Source: an uncultured Candidatus Rokubacteria bacterium (GTDB lineage: Bacteria; Methylomirabilota; Methylomirabilia; Rokubacteriales; CSP1-6). Taken from it: 64,000 bases of DNA. Positions 18,426-30,029 of the stretch are shown piece after piece. Below the pieces are notes generated by a model. It was given only the letters and a program-made list of their open reading frames with translations, made no database searches and was not told the origin of the DNA. Every line of letters begins with the position of its first letter. The stretch's first letter is position 1. The DNA lies in assembly GCA_963771355.1 (NCBI GenBank), contig CAVYTA010000006.1, positions 2,176,001 to 2,240,000 of the forward strand. The letters run 5' to 3'. A program made the translations under genes and the position numbers.

Positions 18426-18845
18426 TTATTTCCGCGCCGCGGCGGGCGCCGCGGGGGCGGCGGGGGCGGCGGCCACGGTCTTCTTCTTGACCATCACGCC
18501 CTTGCTCTTGCCCTTGCGCGTCCGCGCGTTGGTGTGGGTGCGCTGGCCGCGCACGGGCAGGCCCTTGCGGTGACGGATCCCGCGGTAGGAGCCGATGTCC
18601 ATGAGGCGCTTCACGTTCATGGCCACCTCGCGGCGCAGGTCGCCCTCGACCTTGTACTCGCGCTCGATGATGTCCCGGACGCGGGCGGTCTCGTCGTCGC
18701 TCCAGGCCTTCACGCGCTTGTTCCCGTCCACGCGCGCGTCGGACATGATGCGCCGGGCCGAGGGGATTCCGATCCCGTAGATGTACTGGACGGCGATGAG
18801 GCCGCGCTTCTCACGCGGCAGATCGATTCCGGCAATACGTGCCAT
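18426..18845 (-). CDS. rpsM: 30S ribosomal protein S13
   Basis: [28 protein letters not shown]. Confidence 0.98.
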   Translation of the reverse strand: MARIAGIDLPREKRGLIAVQYIYGIGIPSARRIMSDARVDGNKRVKAWSDDETARVRDIIEREYKVEGDLRREVAMNVKRLMDIGSYRGIRHRKGLPVRGQRTHTNARTRKGKSKGVMVKKKTVAAAPAAPAAPAAARK

Positions 18846-18854
18846 GTCGGCTCC

Positions 18855-18968
18855 TTACCCCTGACGCTGCTTGTGACGCGGGTTCTTGCAGATCACGTGC
18901 ACGATGCCATGCCGGCGCACGATCTTGCAGTTCTCGCAGCGCACCTTCACGGATGGCTTCACTTTCAT
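18855..18968 (-). CDS. rpmJ: 50S ribosomal protein L36 (below ORF-track cutoff)
   Basis: Manual translation [37 protein letters not shown]. Confidence 0.97.
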   Translation of the reverse strand: MKVKPSVKVRCENCKIVRRHGIVHVICKNPRHKQRQG

Positions 18969-19023
18969 GTCGTGGTCGATGTCCTTGTTGGCCCGGCGCG
19001 CCGACGGCGGCGCTCACCGAGCG

Positions 19024-19242
19024 TCACTTGAATCGGTACGTGATCCGGCCGCGGGTCAAGTCGTACGGCGACAGCTCCACCTTGACCTTGTCCCCGGGGA
19101 GGATCCGGATGAAGTTCATCCGCATCTTGCCGGAGACGTGGGCGAGCACCTTGTGCCCGTTCTCCAGCTCCACCCGGAACATGGCATTCGGGAGCGGCTC
19201 CACCACCGTCCCCTCCACCTCGATCGCGTCTTCCTTGGGCAC
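19024..19242 (-). CDS. infA: Translation initiation factor IF-1
   Basis: [26 protein letters not shown]. Confidence 0.98.
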   Translation of the reverse strand: MPKEDAIEVEGTVVEPLPNAMFRVELENGHKVLAHVSGKMRMNFIRILPGDKVKVELSPYDLTRGRITYRFK

Positions 19243-19251
19243 CGGGGTCTC

Positions 19252-20013
19252 CTAGGCCTTGGACTCGAGCCGGGTGAGGACCTCGGGGCCCTCCTCGGTG
19301 ATGGCGATGGTGTCCTCGAAATGGGCGGCCAGGCTGCCGTCCTCGGTGACGGCGGTCCACCGGTCCTCGAGGATACGCACCTCCCACGAGCCCATGGTGA
19401 TCATGGGCTCGATGGCGAGCACCATGCCCGGCTTGAGAAGGGCCCCGCGCCCGGCTTCCCCGAAATTCGGCACCTGGGGGTCCTCGTGGAGCTGGCGGCC
19501 GATGCCGTGCCCCACGAAAGCCCGCACCACCCCGAAGCCATGGCTCTCGCAGTGGCTCTGCACCGCGTGGGAGATATCGCCCAGCCGGTTGCCGGCCCGG
19601 CACTGGACGATGGCCTTGTCGAGGCTCTCACGGGTGACATCGAGCAGCTCCTGCACCCGCGGCGGCACCGGCCCCACCGCCAGCGTGATGGCGCAGTCGG
19701 CGTAGTAGCCCTCCACGATGCAGCCGAGGTCCAGCCCGATGATGTCGCCCGCAGCCAGCCGCCGCTTGGCGGAGGGGATACCGTGGACGATCTCCTCGTT
19801 GATCGAGGTGCACACCGTGGCGGGAAAGCCCCGATATCCCTTGAAGGCGGACTTGGCTCCCTTCGAGACGATGAAGGCCTCCACGTCGGCGTCGATGTCC
19901 TTGGTCGTGATCCCCGGATGCACCTGGACGCGCAGCCGGTCCTTCACCTCGGCGAGGATGAGTCCCGCCGCGCGCATGTGCGCGAGCTCGCGAGCGGACT
20001 TGAGCATGATCAT
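19252..20013 (-). CDS. map: Methionine aminopeptidase type I
   Basis: CTSINEEIVHGIP, GHGIG, HEDP, AIEPM, AHFEDT. Confidence 0.97.
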   Translation of the reverse strand: MIMLKSARELAHMRAAGLILAEVKDRLRVQVHPGITTKDIDADVEAFIVSKGAKSAFKGYRGFPATVCTSINEEIVHGIPSAKRRLAAGDIIGLDLGCIVEGYYADCAITLAVGPVPPRVQELLDVTRESLDKAIVQCRAGNRLGDISHAVQSHCESHGFGVVRAFVGHGIGRQLHEDPQVPNFGEAGRGALLKPGMVLAIEPMITMGSWEVRILEDRWTAVTEDGSLAAHFEDTIAITEEGPEVLTRLESKA

Positions 20014-20672
20014 GCCGGCACCGTCCGCCGGACCGCCTTGCGGATGTCCCCCGCCACGCGGTCCACCGCGCCCTCGCCGCCCACGCCGGCGAGGAGGCCC
20101 CGGTCACGGTAGTAGGCGAGCAGGGGCGCCGTCTGCTTGTCGTACACGTCGAGGCGGGTGGCCACCGCCTCGCTCGAGTCGTCCGAGCGCTGGTAGAGCT
20201 CGCCCGCGCACTTGTCGCATCGGCCGGCCTCGCGCGGCGCCGCCGAGACGATGTGGAAGGCGGTGCCGCACTGGCGGCACACCCGCCGGCCGGTGAGCCG
20301 GCGCAGCAGCTCCTCGCGGGAGACGTCGAGGAACACCACCCGGTCGAGCGCCATCCCCCGGGCCTTCAGCATGGCGTCCAGCGCCTGCGCCTGGGCGACG
20401 GTGCGGGGAAAGCCGTCCAGCACGAAGCCGGCGCGGGCGTCGGGCCGGGCGAGCCGCTCCTCCACGAGCCCGATCACCACCTCGTCGGGCACCAGCGCGC
20501 CGGAATCCATGTAGCGCTTGGCCTCGAGCCCGAGCGGCGTCCGCGCCCCCGCCGCCTCGCGCAGCATGTCCCCGGTCGCCACCTGAGGCACGCCCCACTC
20601 CGCGGCCAGACCGCGCGCCTGCGTCCCCTTGCCCGCGCCGGGGGCGCCGAGAAAGATGACCCGCGCGCTCAC
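20010..20672 (-). CDS. adk: Adenylate kinase (Zn-LID type)
   Basis: GAPGAGKGTQA, LDGFPRT, CRQC...CDKC lid. Confidence 0.97.
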   Translation of the reverse strand: MSARVIFLGAPGAGKGTQARGLAAEWGVPQVATGDMLREAAGARTPLGLEAKRYMDSGALVPDEVVIGLVEERLARPDARAGFVLDGFPRTVAQAQALDAMLKARGMALDRVVFLDVSREELLRRLTGRRVCRQCGTAFHIVSAAPREAGRCDKCAGELYQRSDDSSEAVATRLDVYDKQTAPLLAYYRDRGLLAGVGGEGAVDRVAGDIRKAVRRTVPA

Positions 20673-21976
20673 GCCCGCGCCTTCTTGCGGAGGAAGCCTT
20701 CATAGTTCCGCATGAGGAGGTGGGACTCCATCTGCCGCACGGTGTCCAGCGCCACCCCCACCACGATGAGGAGGCTGGTCCCGCCGAAGTAGAAGGGGGT
20801 GTTGAACCAGCGGATGAGGAAGTCCGGCAGCACCGAGATGAGGGCGAGGAAGACGGCGCCCGGCAGGGTGATGCGGGTGAGCGTCCGGTCGATGTACTCC
20901 GCCGTCTTCTTGCCCGGCCGCACCCCGGGGATGAAACCCCCGTACTTCTTCATGTTGTCGGCGAGGTCGATGGGGTTGAAGACGATCGCGGTGTAAAAGT
21001 AGGCAAAGAAGATGATGAGGCCGCAGTACAGCACGGTGTAGGTCATGTGCCCGGGCGACAGGGACTCGGAGATGACCTGCATCCACGGGTGGCTGATGAA
21101 TCGCGTCAGCGTGGCCGGGAAGAGGATCAGGGAAGACGCGAAGATCACCGGGATGACGCCGGCGGTGTTGATGCGGAGGGGGATGTGAGTGGACTGCCCC
21201 CCGTAGACGCGCCGGCCCACCACCCGCTTGGCGTATTGAACGGGAATTTTTCGCTGCCCCTCCTGCATCACGATGACCGCCGCGGTGACGGCCAGCATCA
21301 TGAGGAGCAGCCCGAGGAAGACGAAGAGCTTGAGCTCGCCGTTCCGGATGAGCGTGAACGAGGAGACGATGGCCGAGGGCAGGCGGACCACGATCCCCGC
21401 GAAGATGATGAGGGAGATCCCGTTGCCGATCCCCTTCTCGGAGATCTGCTCGCCCAGCCACATGATCAGCGCGGTCCCGGTGGTGAGCGTGATCATGGTG
21501 AGGAGCCGGAAGCCCCAGCCCGGATCGGGCACGATGGCGATGCCGCCGGGGCTGCGCATGCTCTCGAGCCCCACCGCGATCCCGAAGGCCTGCACCAGCG
21601 ACAGCACGATGGTGCCGTAGCGGGTGTACTGGGTGATCTTCTTCTTCCCCGCCTCCCCCTCCTTGGCCAGCCGCTCGAGCGCCGGGATCACCACGGTGAG
21701 GAGCTGGAGGATGATGGACGCGGAGATGTAGGGCATGATCCCCAGCGCAAACACGGTGAGGCGCCGGAGGTTGCCGCCCGAGAAGAGGTCCACCATGCCG
21801 AGCAAGGTGCCCTGCACCTGGTTGAAGAACTGGGCCAGGGAGGCCCCGTCGATACCCGGCGTAGGCACATGCGCGCCGAGCCGATACGCGGCGAGGAGGC
21901 CGAGCGTGATCAGAACGCGGCGCTTGAGCTCCGGAATCTTGAAGATGTTCCGGAAGCTCTGCAGGCTCTCGAACAT
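20669..21976 (-). CDS. secY: Preprotein translocase subunit SecY
   Basis: FALGIMPYISASII, GIGNGISLIIF, IPGVRPG, FGGTSLLIVV. Confidence 0.98.
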   Translation of the reverse strand: MFESLQSFRNIFKIPELKRRVLITLGLLAAYRLGAHVPTPGIDGASLAQFFNQVQGTLLGMVDLFSGGNLRRLTVFALGIMPYISASIILQLLTVVIPALERLAKEGEAGKKKITQYTRYGTIVLSLVQAFGIAVGLESMRSPGGIAIVPDPGWGFRLLTMITLTTGTALIMWLGEQISEKGIGNGISLIIFAGIVVRLPSAIVSSFTLIRNGELKLFVFLGLLLMMLAVTAAVIVMQEGQRKIPVQYAKRVVGRRVYGGQSTHIPLRINTAGVIPVIFASSLILFPATLTRFISHPWMQVISESLSPGHMTYTVLYCGLIIFFAYFYTAIVFNPIDLADNMKKYGGFIPGVRPGKKTAEYIDRTLTRITLPGAVFLALISVLPDFLIRWFNTPFYFGGTSLLIVVGVALDTVRQMESHLLMRNYEGFLRKKARA

Positions 21977-22428
21977 CAGGCGAGGACCTCGACCCGGCCG
22001 CCGGCGGCCTCGAGCTTCTTCCGGGCCGACTCGCTGATCTTGTGGGCGCGGACGGTGAGCGCGTGCCCTACCTCGCCGTCGCCCAGCACCTTCACCCGGC
22101 CGCGGTCGGACTTCTTGATGAGGCGCGCCTGGAGCAGGCTGTCCGGATCCACCACGCTGCCGGCGCCGAAGCGGGCGGCCAGCTCGCTGAGGTTCACGAT
22201 GGCGTACTCGGTCTTGCCCCCGTAAGGCAGGAACCCGCGCTTGGGCAGCCGCCGGTACAGCGGCATCTGGCCGCCCTCGAACCCGCGCCGCACCCCGCCC
22301 CCGGAGCGGGCTTTTTGGCCCTTGTGCCCCTTGCCGGAGGTCTTGCCGTGGCCCGAGCCGGGGCCGCGGCCGATGCGCTTCCGTTTCTTCGTCGAGCCCG
22401 GCGCGGGCCGGAGGTCCTCGATCCTCAT
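21976..22428 (-). CDS. rplO: 50S ribosomal protein L15
   Basis: [28 protein letters not shown]. Confidence 0.98.
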   Translation of the reverse strand: MRIEDLRPAPGSTKKRKRIGRGPGSGHGKTSGKGHKGQKARSGGGVRRGFEGGQMPLYRRLPKRGFLPYGGKTEYAIVNLSELAARFGAGSVVDPDSLLQARLIKKSDRGRVKVLGDGEVGHALTVRAHKISESARKKLEAAGGRVEVLA

Positions 22429-22607
22429 GCCGCCTCCACCTTCAGGGCGAACGGCACCGCCTTGATCATCCCCTGGATGGTGGGGGTATCGTCGTGCTCC
22501 ACCGTCTGCCGGATGTGGCGGAGCCCCAGCGCGCGCACGGTCGCCTCCTGCTTGGGGCTGAGCCCGATGATGCTCTTCACCAGAGTGACCCTGAGCTTCT
22601 TAGCCAC
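22425..22607 (-). CDS. rpmD: 50S ribosomal protein L30
   Basis: LVKSIIG, ALGLR, position in spc operon. Confidence 0.96.
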   Translation of the reverse strand: MAKKLRVTLVKSIIGLSPKQEATVRALGLRHIRQTVEHDDTPTIQGMIKAVPFALKVEAA

Positions 22608-23121
22608 CGGTCGTCTCCTGCGCGTCGCCGTCCACCGCGCGCCGACGGGCCGCGTGTAGATCGAGCTGCCGCTTCATGCGGCGAAACGCGTCGATGGTCG
22701 CCTTGAGCACGTTGTGCGGGTTGTTCGTCCCCAACGTCTTGGTGAGCACGTCCTGGACCCCCGCCGCCTCCAGCACCGGCCGGACCGCGCCGCCCGCGAT
22801 GACGCCGGTCCCCTGCGAGGCCGGCTTCATGAAGACGCGCGCCGCCCCGAACTGTCCCGTCATCTCGCACGGGATGGTGGTGTCCTTGAGGGGCACGAAG
22901 ATCAGGTCCTTCTTGGCGTGCTCCACCGACTTCCGGATGGCTTCCGGAACCTCGCGCGCCTTGCCGAGTCCCACGCCCACGTGGCCGCGGCCGTCGCCGA
23001 CCACCACCAGGGCGGTGAAGGAGAACCGCCGGCCGCCCTTGACGACCTTGGCCACCCGGTTGATCGCGACCACCCGATCGTTCAAGTCCAGCGCGCTGGC
23101 ATCGATCCGTCCTTCAGCCAC
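22600..23121 (-). CDS. rpsE: 30S ribosomal protein S5
   Basis: [23 protein letters not shown]. Confidence 0.98.
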   Translation of the reverse strand: MAEGRIDASALDLNDRVVAINRVAKVVKGGRRFSFTALVVVGDGRGHVGVGLGKAREVPEAIRKSVEHAKKDLIFVPLKDTTIPCEMTGQFGAARVFMKPASQGTGVIAGGAVRPVLEAAGVQDVLTKTLGTNNPHNVLKATIDAFRRMKRQLDLHAARRRAVDGDAQETTGG

Positions 23122-23132
23122 TCGTTATCTCC

Positions 23133-23498
23133 TCAAAACGCGAGTCCGCCGGCTCGTGCCGCGTCGGCCAGCGCCTTCACCCGCCCATGATACTGGTAGC
23201 CGCCTCGGTCGAAGACCACGGGCCCGATGCCCTGCGCCTTCGCCCGCTGCGCGATGAGCTCCCCCACCAGCTTGGCCGCGGCCAGGTTCCCGCCCGTCTT
23301 GAGCTTGGCGCGGAACTCGGGAGCGCGGCTGTCCACCGCGACGAGGGTCTTGCCCGCCACGTCGTCGATGACCTGGGCGTAGATGTGATTCAGGCTGCGA
23401 AACACCACCAGCCGCGGGCGCTCCGCCAATCCCCGCACCTGCTGGCGCACGCGCAGGTGCCGGATCTTTCGCCCTTCGACCTTCCGCTTCGCCAGCAT
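23133..23498 (-). CDS. rplR: 50S ribosomal protein L18
   Basis: [25 protein letters not shown]. Confidence 0.98.
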   Translation of the reverse strand: MLAKRKVEGRKIRHLRVRQQVRGLAERPRLVVFRSLNHIYAQVIDDVAGKTLVAVDSRAPEFRAKLKTGGNLAAAKLVGELIAQRAKAQGIGPVVFDRGGYQYHGRVKALADAARAGGLAF

Positions 23499-24040
23499 TA
23501 CTTGGCCCCCGCCTTCTTGCCGACCTTGCGGCGGATGTACTCGTCGGCGTACTTGATGCCCTTGCCCTTGTACGGATCCGGCTTGCGGAGCCCGCGCAGG
23601 AGCGCCGCCGTTTGCCCCAGGAGGGCCTTGTCCGCGCCGCGCAGGGTGATGGAGACCTGCTTCTCCACCTCCGCCTGTATCCCCTCGGGGAGCGGGAAGA
23701 TCACCGGGTGCGAATAGCCCAGCGCCAGCTGCAGGTTCTTGCCCTGGAGCTGGGCCCGGTACCCGATGCCCACGATCTCCAGCTTGCGCTCGAAGCCGTC
23801 CTTCACCCCGTGCACCATGTTGGCGATGAGGGAGCGGGTGAGCCCGTGCAGCGCCCGCACGTTCCGGTTGTCCGAGCTACGGTCCACCGTCAGCACCGCC
23901 GCCTCCGCCTTCACGGAGATGCCGGAAGGGAGGGTGTGGGAGAGCTTGCCCTTGGGCCCCTCCACCCGCACCGCGCCCGTGTCCACCGCCACCTTGACCC
24001 CCTGCGGCACGGGGATCGGCTTCCGTCCGATTCGCGACAT
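23498..24040 (-). CDS. rplF: 50S ribosomal protein L6
   Basis: [18 protein letters not shown]. Confidence 0.98.
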   Translation of the reverse strand: MSRIGRKPIPVPQGVKVAVDTGAVRVEGPKGKLSHTLPSGISVKAEAAVLTVDRSSDNRNVRALHGLTRSLIANMVHGVKDGFERKLEIVGIGYRAQLQGKNLQLALGYSHPVIFPLPEGIQAEVEKQVSITLRGADKALLGQTAALLRGLRKPDPYKGKGIKYADEYIRRKVGKKAGAK

Positions 24041-24049
24041 GGTCGGCTC

Positions 24050-24445
24050 CTACCACACGTAGGCGAGGACCTCACCGCCGAGGCCCTGCTTGCGGACCTC
24101 GCGGTCGGTCATCACGCCCCGGGAAGTGGACAGGATCGCCACGCCCATGCCGCCCAGGATGGACGGGATCTTGTCCTTGCCCACGTAGATGCGCCGGCCC
24201 GGCCGCGACACCCGCACCAGGCCGGTGATGACGCGCTCGTTGCCCGCGCCGTACTTGAGATACACGCGGAGCGTGCCGGGCTTCTTCTCTTCCATCAAGC
24301 GGAAGTTCTTGATGAAGCCCTCGCTCTTGAGGATCTCGGTGATCCGCACCTTGAGCTTGGAGGACGGGATGTCCACCTTCTCGTGCTCGGCGCCGCTGGC
24401 ATTCCGGATGCGGGTGAGGAGGTCGGCGATGGGATCGGTCATCAT
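24050..24445 (-). CDS. rpsH: 30S ribosomal protein S8
   Basis: [30 protein letters not shown]. Confidence 0.98.
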   Translation of the reverse strand: MMTDPIADLLTRIRNASGAEHEKVDIPSSKLKVRITEILKSEGFIKNFRLMEEKKPGTLRVYLKYGAGNERVITGLVRVSRPGRRIYVGKDKIPSILGGMGVAILSTSRGVMTDREVRKQGLGGEVLAYVW

Positions 24446-24457
24446 GTCCGGGCTCTC

Positions 24458-24643
24458 CTACCAGCTCGCCTTGATCACGCCCGGAACCTCACCCTTGAGC
24501 GCCAGCTCCCGGAAGCAGAGCCGGCAGCACTGGAACTTGCGCAGGTACCCGCGGGGACGCCCGCAGAGCTTGCAGCGGTTGTGCGTCCGCACCCCGAACT
24601 TGGGCGTGCGCTGCGACTTCATGATCAGCGAGGTCTTTGCCAT
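24458..24643 (-). CDS. rpsN: 30S ribosomal protein S14, type Z (Zn-binding)
   Basis: [10 protein letters not shown]...CRLCFRE, 61 aa. Confidence 0.98.
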   Translation of the reverse strand: MAKTSLIMKSQRTPKFGVRTHNRCKLCGRPRGYLRKFQCCRLCFRELALKGEVPGVIKASW

Positions 24644-24645
24644 GC

Positions 24646-25341
24646 CTAGGACTCCCTGAAGGGCAAGCCGAGATGAGCCAGCAGCGCCTTCGCTTCCTCG
24701 TCGGTGTCGGCGGTGGTCACCATGATGATGTCCATGCCCCGGGTCTTGTCGACCTTGTCATAGACGATCTCCGGGAAGATCACCTGTTCCTTGAGCCCCA
24801 GCGCGTAATTACCGCGGCCGTCGAAGGACTTGGGGGGCACCCCCCGGAAGTCGCGCACGCGCGGGAGGGCCACGTTCACCAGCCGGTCGAGGAACTCGTA
24901 CATCCGCGCGCCGCGCAGGGTCACCTTGCACCCGATGGGGGAGTTCTCGCGGAGCTTGAAGTTCGCGATCGACTTCTTGGCCCGCGTCACTACCGGCTTC
25001 TGCCCCGCGATGGTCTGGAGGTCCGCCACCGCGAAGTCCACCACCTTCGCGTTCTCCTTGCCCTCTCCCACGCCCATGTTGATGACGATCTTCTCCATCC
25101 GGGGCACCTGGAAGGGATTGGTGTAGCCGCGCTCCTTCATGAGGGCCGGGATCACCGTGGCCCGGAAGCGGTCACGCAGCCGCGGGGGGACGTCACCCGT
25201 CACCCTCGCCTGGACCGTCGGCGCGGCGGCGGGGGCGGGCGCACCCTTGCCCCCCTTGCCGGGGGCGGCGGGCTTCTTTGCGCCCGCCTGGCCCGGCGGC
25301 GTCTTCGGGGCCTGCTTGTCGGGCTTCTTCGCGTCAGCCAT
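24646..25341 (-). CDS. rplE: 50S ribosomal protein L5 with N-terminal low-complexity extension
   Basis: [25 protein letters not shown]. Confidence 0.97.
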   Translation of the reverse strand: MADAKKPDKQAPKTPPGQAGAKKPAAPGKGGKGAPAPAAAPTVQARVTGDVPPRLRDRFRATVIPALMKERGYTNPFQVPRMEKIVINMGVGEGKENAKVVDFAVADLQTIAGQKPVVTRAKKSIANFKLRENSPIGCKVTLRGARMYEFLDRLVNVALPRVRDFRGVPPKSFDGRGNYALGLKEQVIFPEIVYDKVDKTRGMDIIMVTTADTDEEAKALLAHLGLPFRES

Positions 25342-25347
25342 GGCTCA

Positions 25348-25674
25348 TCACACCTTGTCGATGATCTCGCCGGACTTCCTGGCGATCCGGGCCTTGGTGC
25401 CATCCGCCAGCTGCCGGATGCCGACCCGGGTGGGTTTGTCGTTGCGCGGATCCAGCAGCATCACGTTGGAGAGGTGGAGCGGCGCCTCGCGCTCGATGAT
25501 GCCGCCCTGGCGGAGCTTCTGCGTGGGCTTCTGGTGCTTCTTCATCATGTTGAGCCGCTCGACGATGACCCGCCCCTCGGCGGGGAACACGTGGAGCACC
25601 TTGCCCCGCTTGCCCCGCTCCCGGCCCGCGATCACCACCACGGTGTCGCCCTTCCGCACGTGCGCCTGCGCCAT
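25348..25674 (-). CDS. rplX: 50S ribosomal protein L24
   Basis: [13 protein letters not shown] motif, GGIIEREAP. Confidence 0.98.
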   Translation of the reverse strand: MAQAHVRKGDTVVVIAGRERGKRGKVLHVFPAEGRVIVERLNMMKKHQKPTQKLRQGGIIEREAPLHLSNVMLLDPRNDKPTRVGIRQLADGTKARIARKSGEIIDKV

Positions 25675-25681
25675 ACGCTCC

Positions 25682-26050
25682 TCAGATGACCTCAGGGGCC
25701 AGCGAGATGATCTTGGTGAACTGCTTGTCGCGCAGCTCGCGCGCCACCGGCCCGAAGATGCGGGTGCCCACCGGATTGTCGTCCGCCTTGAGGAGCACCA
25801 CCGCGTTCCGGTCGAAGCGGATGTAGGACCCGTCCCTCCGCCCGACCTCCTTCACCGTGCGCACCACCACCGCGCGGGCCACCTCGCCCTTCTTCACCGT
25901 CCCGTCCGGCACCGCCTCCTTGACCGCGACGATGACGATGTCGCCCAGGGAAGCGGTGCGCTTGTTGGATCCGCCCATCACGCGGATGCACTGGGCCTTC
26001 TTGGCGCCGGAGTTGTCCGCCACATCGAGCATCGTTCTCGGCTGGATCAT
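25682..26050 (-). CDS. rplN: 50S ribosomal protein L14
   Basis: [20 protein letters not shown]. Confidence 0.98.
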   Translation of the reverse strand: MIQPRTMLDVADNSGAKKAQCIRVMGGSNKRTASLGDIVIVAVKEAVPDGTVKKGEVARAVVVRTVKEVGRRDGSYIRFDRNAVVLLKADDNPVGTRIFGPVARELRDKQFTKIISLAPEVI

Positions 26051-26057
26051 GTCGGTC

Positions 26058-26306
26058 TCAGGACACGCGGGCCAGGATTTCCCGGATCCGCCAGCGCTTG
26101 TCCTTGGAAATGGGCCGCGTCTCCTCGATCAGCACGCGATCGCCCGTCTTGCTCGCATTGGTCTCGTCGTGGGCCTTGAACCGCCTCGCGCGCCGCACCA
26201 CGCGCTCGTAGCGGGGATGACGGTAGACGCGCTCGATCAGCACCACGCGGGTCTTGGTCATCTTGTCGCTCACCACCACGCCTTCCCGGGTCTTCCTCTC
26301 GCCCAC
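26058..26306 (-). CDS. rpsQ: 30S ribosomal protein S17
   Basis: [19 protein letters not shown]. Confidence 0.98.
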   Translation of the reverse strand: MGERKTREGVVVSDKMTKTRVVLIERVYRHPRYERVVRRARRFKAHDETNASKTGDRVLIEETRPISKDKRWRIREILARVS

Positions 26307-26317
26307 TGGGGGCCTCC

Positions 26318-26515
26318 TTACGCCTTCGCCTGGGTGCGCTCGCGGAGGATCGTCTGGATCCGGGCGAGATCGCGCCGGGCCTGGCCCACGCGGGACGGGT
26401 TCTTGGCCACCCCCATGGACAGCTGGAACCGCAGGTTGAAGAGCTCCTCGGCGAGCTCCTTGCCCTTGTCCTTCAGCTCGTCCTCGGACATCTCACGCCA
26501 CTTCGTCGCCTTCAT
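26318..26515 (-). CDS. rpmC: 50S ribosomal protein L29
   Basis: ELFNLRFQ, RRDLARIQT. Confidence 0.97.
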   Translation of the reverse strand: MKATKWREMSEDELKDKGKELAEELFNLRFQLSMGVAKNPSRVGQARRDLARIQTILRERTQAKA

Positions 26516-26522
26516 GATCCCC

Positions 26523-26939
26523 TCAGAGCGCCCGGGTGCGGGACACGAACTTGGTCTTGATGCCGAGCTTCTGGGCGGCGAGACGGAAGCCGTCCTTCGC
26601 CGTCGCCTCGTCCACGCCCTCCATCTCGTAGAGGATGCGGCCGGGCTTCACCACCGCCACCCAGAACTCGGGATTCCCCTTGCCCTTGCCCATCCGCGTC
26701 TCCGCGGGCTTCTTGGTCACCGGCTTGTCCGGGAAGATCCGGATGAAGATCTTGCCGCCGCGTTTCACGCTGCGGGCCAGCGTCACGCGGGCGGCCTCGA
26801 TCTGGCGATTGGTCACCCACGCCGGCTCCAGCGCCTTCAGCCCGAAGTCCCCGAAGGCCAGGGTCGACCCGCGGTGGGCCTTGCCCTTCATGCGCCCACG
26901 CTGGGCCTTCCGGTACTTGACGCGCTTGGGCATCAGCAT
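26523..26939 (-). CDS. rplP: 50S ribosomal protein L16
   Basis: [20 protein letters not shown]. Confidence 0.98.
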   Translation of the reverse strand: MLMPKRVKYRKAQRGRMKGKAHRGSTLAFGDFGLKALEPAWVTNRQIEAARVTLARSVKRGGKIFIRIFPDKPVTKKPAETRMGKGKGNPEFWVAVVKPGRILYEMEGVDEATAKDGFRLAAQKLGIKTKFVSRTRAL

Positions 26940-26943
26940 GGAA

Positions 26944-27594
26944 TCAGGCCTCGGCGGTCCGCTGGGTGGTGGGAAGCACCTCGCCCTTGAAGATCCACAC
27001 CTTCACGCCGATGGCGCCGAAGGTGGTGTGCGCCTCCGCCAGCCCATAGTCGATGTCGGCGCGGAGCGTGTGCAGCGGCACCCGCCCGTCCCGGTACCAC
27101 TCCCGGCGCGCGATCTCGGCGCCGCCCAGGCGGCCCGAGCAGGCGATCCGGATCCCGTCCGCCCCCAGGCGCAGCGCGGAGGTGACCGCCTTCTTCATGG
27201 CGCGACGGAAGGCCACCCTCTTCTGGAGCTGGAGGGCCACGTTCTCCGCCACCAGCTGCGCGTCCAGCTCGGGATGGACCACCTCCTCGATGTTGAGGTG
27301 GACCTCCTTCTGGGTGCGGCTCTGGATCTCGTTCTTGAGCTTTTCCACCTCGGCACCCTTCCGGCCGATGATGATGCCCGGGCGCGCGGTGTAGATGGAG
27401 ATCCGCGCCCGGTTCGCCGAGCGCTCGATGTCGATCCGCGAGATGCCCGCGTGGTAGAGCGCGGACTTGATGAACTTGCGGATCTTCACGTCCTCGTGGA
27501 GCAGGCCCGCGTAGCCCTTGGTGGCGAACCACCGCGAGCTCCACGTGCGCGTGGTTCCCAGCCGGAATCCGATCGGATGCGTCTTCTGCCCCAT
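26944..27594 (-). CDS. rpsC: 30S ribosomal protein S3
   Basis: [26 protein letters not shown]. Confidence 0.98.
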   Translation of the reverse strand: MGQKTHPIGFRLGTTRTWSSRWFATKGYAGLLHEDVKIRKFIKSALYHAGISRIDIERSANRARISIYTARPGIIIGRKGAEVEKLKNEIQSRTQKEVHLNIEEVVHPELDAQLVAENVALQLQKRVAFRRAMKKAVTSALRLGADGIRIACSGRLGGAEIARREWYRDGRVPLHTLRADIDYGLAEAHTTFGAIGVKVWIFKGEVLPTTQRTAEA

Positions 27595-27596
27595 GG

Positions 27597-27968
27597 TTAC
27601 CTCGTCGCTCCCCTCCGCACCCGGGGGCGCGGCGTCTCGTCGGACAGCTCGATGGTGAGATGGCTCGTCCGGTGCTTGATGAAGTAGGCCCGCCCCATCG
27701 CCCGGGGGGACACGCGCTTCAGCGACGGGCCCCCGTCGGCGATCGCCTTGACCACCCGGAGGTCGTCGAGGTTGCGCACCTGGTGGTTGTGCTCGGCGTT
27801 GGCGATGGCGGAGCGCAGGACCTTTTCGATGAGCCGCGCCGCCGCCTTCTCCGCGAACTGGAGGGTGGTGAGCGCCTCGCCCACCGACTTGCCGCGGATG
27901 TGCTCGAGCACCAGCCGCGCCTTGCTGGCGGGGACCCGGATGTAGCGCGCGGTCGCCTGCGTCTTCAT
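27597..27968 (-). CDS. rplV: 50S ribosomal protein L22
   Basis: [16 protein letters not shown]. Confidence 0.97.
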   Translation of the reverse strand: MKTQATARYIRVPASKARLVLEHIRGKSVGEALTTLQFAEKAAARLIEKVLRSAIANAEHNHQVRNLDDLRVVKAIADGGPSLKRVSPRAMGRAYFIKHRTSHLTIELSDETPRPRVRRGATR

Positions 27969-27975
27969 GCCGTCC

Positions 27976-28269
27976 TCACGACTTCCCGGTGGGGGAGGTG
28001 GTCGCCTTCTCGGCGGCGCCGTGGGCCTTGAAGGTGCGCGTGAGGGCGAACTCCCCGAGCCGGTGCCCCACCATGTTCTCGGTGATGTAGACCGGGATGA
28101 ACTTCCTCCCGTTGTGGACGGCGAGCGTGTGCCCCACGAATTCCGGCGTGATGGTGGACCGCCGCGACCAGGTCTTCAGCACCTTCTTCTGCCGGGACCG
28201 GTTCAGCTCGTCGATGCGGCCCTGCAGCCGCAGGTCGACGAAAGGTCCCTTGCTCAGCGAGCGTCCCAT
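27976..28269 (-). CDS. rpsS: 30S ribosomal protein S19
   Basis: [27 protein letters not shown]. Confidence 0.98.
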   Translation of the reverse strand: MGRSLSKGPFVDLRLQGRIDELNRSRQKKVLKTWSRRSTITPEFVGHTLAVHNGRKFIPVYITENMVGHRLGEFALTRTFKAHGAAEKATTSPTGKS

Positions 28270-28281
28270 GTTCGGCCTCTC

Positions 28282-29106
28282 CTACTTGGTCCGGCGGGTG
28301 ACGATGTAGCGATCCGACGGCCGCGCGCCCCGCCGGGTCTTGTAGCCCTTGGTGGGCTTGCCCCAGGGGGTCATCGGGTGATTGCCCTTGCCCTTGCCCT
28401 CGCCGCCGCCCATCGGATGGTCCACCGGGTTCATGACGGTGCCGCGCACGGTGGGCCGGAAGCCCTTCCAGCGCACGCGCCCCGCCTTGCCCACGGACAC
28501 GTTCTCGTGATCGAGGTTTCCCACCTGGCCCACGGTGGCCATGCAGTCCAGGGCCACCCGCCGCACTTCCCCGGAGGGCAGCTTGAGGTTGCCGTAGTCG
28601 CCTTCCTTGGCCAGGACCTGCGCCAGCGTGCCCGCGCTGCGACAGAGCTGCCCGCCCTTGCCCGGCTGGAGCTCGACGTTGTGCACGAGCGTGCCGAGCG
28701 GGATGTTCCGGATGGGGAGCGCGTTGCCGGGCAGGATGTCGGCTTGCGGGCCGGACATCACGATGTCCCCCGGCTTGAGCCCCAGCGGGGCGATGATGTA
28801 GCGCTTCTCGCCGTCCCGGTACTGGAGCAGCGCGATCCGCGCGGAGCGGCCCGGATCGTACTCGATCCCCACCACCTTGGCGGGGATTCCGAGCTTCTCG
28901 CGCCGGAAGTCCACGTCGCGGAGCATGCGCTTGGCGCCGCCCCCCCGGTGCCGCACGGTGATCCGGCCATAGGAGTTCCGCCCATTGGTGCGGCGCTTGG
29001 GCGAGAGCAGGCTCTTCTCCGGCGTCTTCTTGGTGATCTCCTCGTTGGTGAGGAGGGTCATGTAGCGCCGCGCGGGCGAGGTCGGCTTCAGCGTCCGGAT
29101 TCCCAT
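28282..29106 (-). CDS. rplB: 50S ribosomal protein L2
   Basis: [24 protein letters not shown] at 29106 ([10 protein letters not shown]). Confidence 0.98.
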   Translation of the reverse strand: MGIRTLKPTSPARRYMTLLTNEEITKKTPEKSLLSPKRRTNGRNSYGRITVRHRGGGAKRMLRDVDFRREKLGIPAKVVGIEYDPGRSARIALLQYRDGEKRYIIAPLGLKPGDIVMSGPQADILPGNALPIRNIPLGTLVHNVELQPGKGGQLCRSAGTLAQVLAKEGDYGNLKLPSGEVRRVALDCMATVGQVGNLDHENVSVGKAGRVRWKGFRPTVRGTVMNPVDHPMGGGEGKGKGNHPMTPWGKPTKGYKTRRGARPSDRYIVTRRTK

Positions 29107-29111
29107 CGGTC

Positions 29112-29402
29112 TCAGACTCCCTCGACCAGCTCGATCTTGTGGCCGGGCTGGAGCGTCACGATGGCCTTCTTCCAGTCGGAGCGCTGGCCCTCGAAGCGGC
29201 CCATCCGCTTCCACTTGCCCTGAACGGACGTCGTGCGCACGTCGGCCACCTTGACGTTGAAGACCCGCTCCACCGCCTGGCGGATCTCGACCTTGTTGGC
29301 ATCCTTCGCCACCTCGAACGTCACGCTGTTCTGCTCTTCCTTCTGGCGCATGCTCTTCTCGGTCATGAGCGGCCGGTACAGCACGGAGCGGGGGTCTCTC
29401 AT
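29112..29402 (-). CDS. rplW: 50S ribosomal protein L23
   Basis: [18 protein letters not shown] overlaps rplD stop. Confidence 0.97.
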   Translation of the reverse strand: MRDPRSVLYRPLMTEKSMRQKEEQNSVTFEVAKDANKVEIRQAVERVFNVKVADVRTTSVQGKWKRMGRFEGQRSDWKKAIVTLQPGHKIELVEGV

Positions 29403-30028
29403 TACCCGAGCGCCTCCTGCAGGGCGACCACCGCCGCCCGCTCCACGATGACCCGCGCGTGACGGACCAGCTGGTACGCCGAGGTATGGGAGGCGGTGGT
29501 GACCTGCAGCCACGGGATATTGCGAGCGGCCCGCTCCACGTCGGCGCTGCGCTGAGCGAGCACGAGGAGCGTGGGCACTCCCGCCGCCCCCAGCCCCTTG
29601 AGCGAGGCCACCAGGGTCTTGGTCTTCACGTCGCCGAGGGTCATCCGCTCCACCACCGCCAGCTCATCCGCCGCCACCTTCCCCGCGAGGGCGGACCGCA
29701 GCGCGATCCGGCGCATCTCGGTGGGAAGGTCCTTGTGGTACTTCCGCGGCCGCGGTCCGAACGGCCGGCCGCCGCCCTTCCACTGGGTGGCGCGGATGGA
29801 GCCCTGACGGGCGCGCCCGGTGCCCTTCTGGCGCCAGGGCTTGCGGCCGCCCCCGCGCACCTCGCTGCGCCCGAGGGTCGAGTGCGTGCCCGCGCGCCGG
29901 TCGGCCAGCTCGCGCACCACCGCCTGATGGAGCACCGGCATCTTCACCGGGCCGCCGAAGACCTCGGCGGCGAGCTCGAGGGTGCCGGTGGACTTGCCCG
30001 CCGCATCGAGAATGGGAAGGGTCGGCAT
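29402..30028 (-). CDS. rplD: 50S ribosomal protein L4
   Basis: [19 protein letters not shown]. Confidence 0.98.
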   Translation of the reverse strand: MPTLPILDAAGKSTGTLELAAEVFGGPVKMPVLHQAVVRELADRRAGTHSTLGRSEVRGGGRKPWRQKGTGRARQGSIRATQWKGGGRPFGPRPRKYHKDLPTEMRRIALRSALAGKVAADELAVVERMTLGDVKTKTLVASLKGLGAAGVPTLLVLAQRSADVERAARNIPWLQVTTASHTSAYQLVRHARVIVERAAVVALQEALG

Positions 30029-30029
30029 G

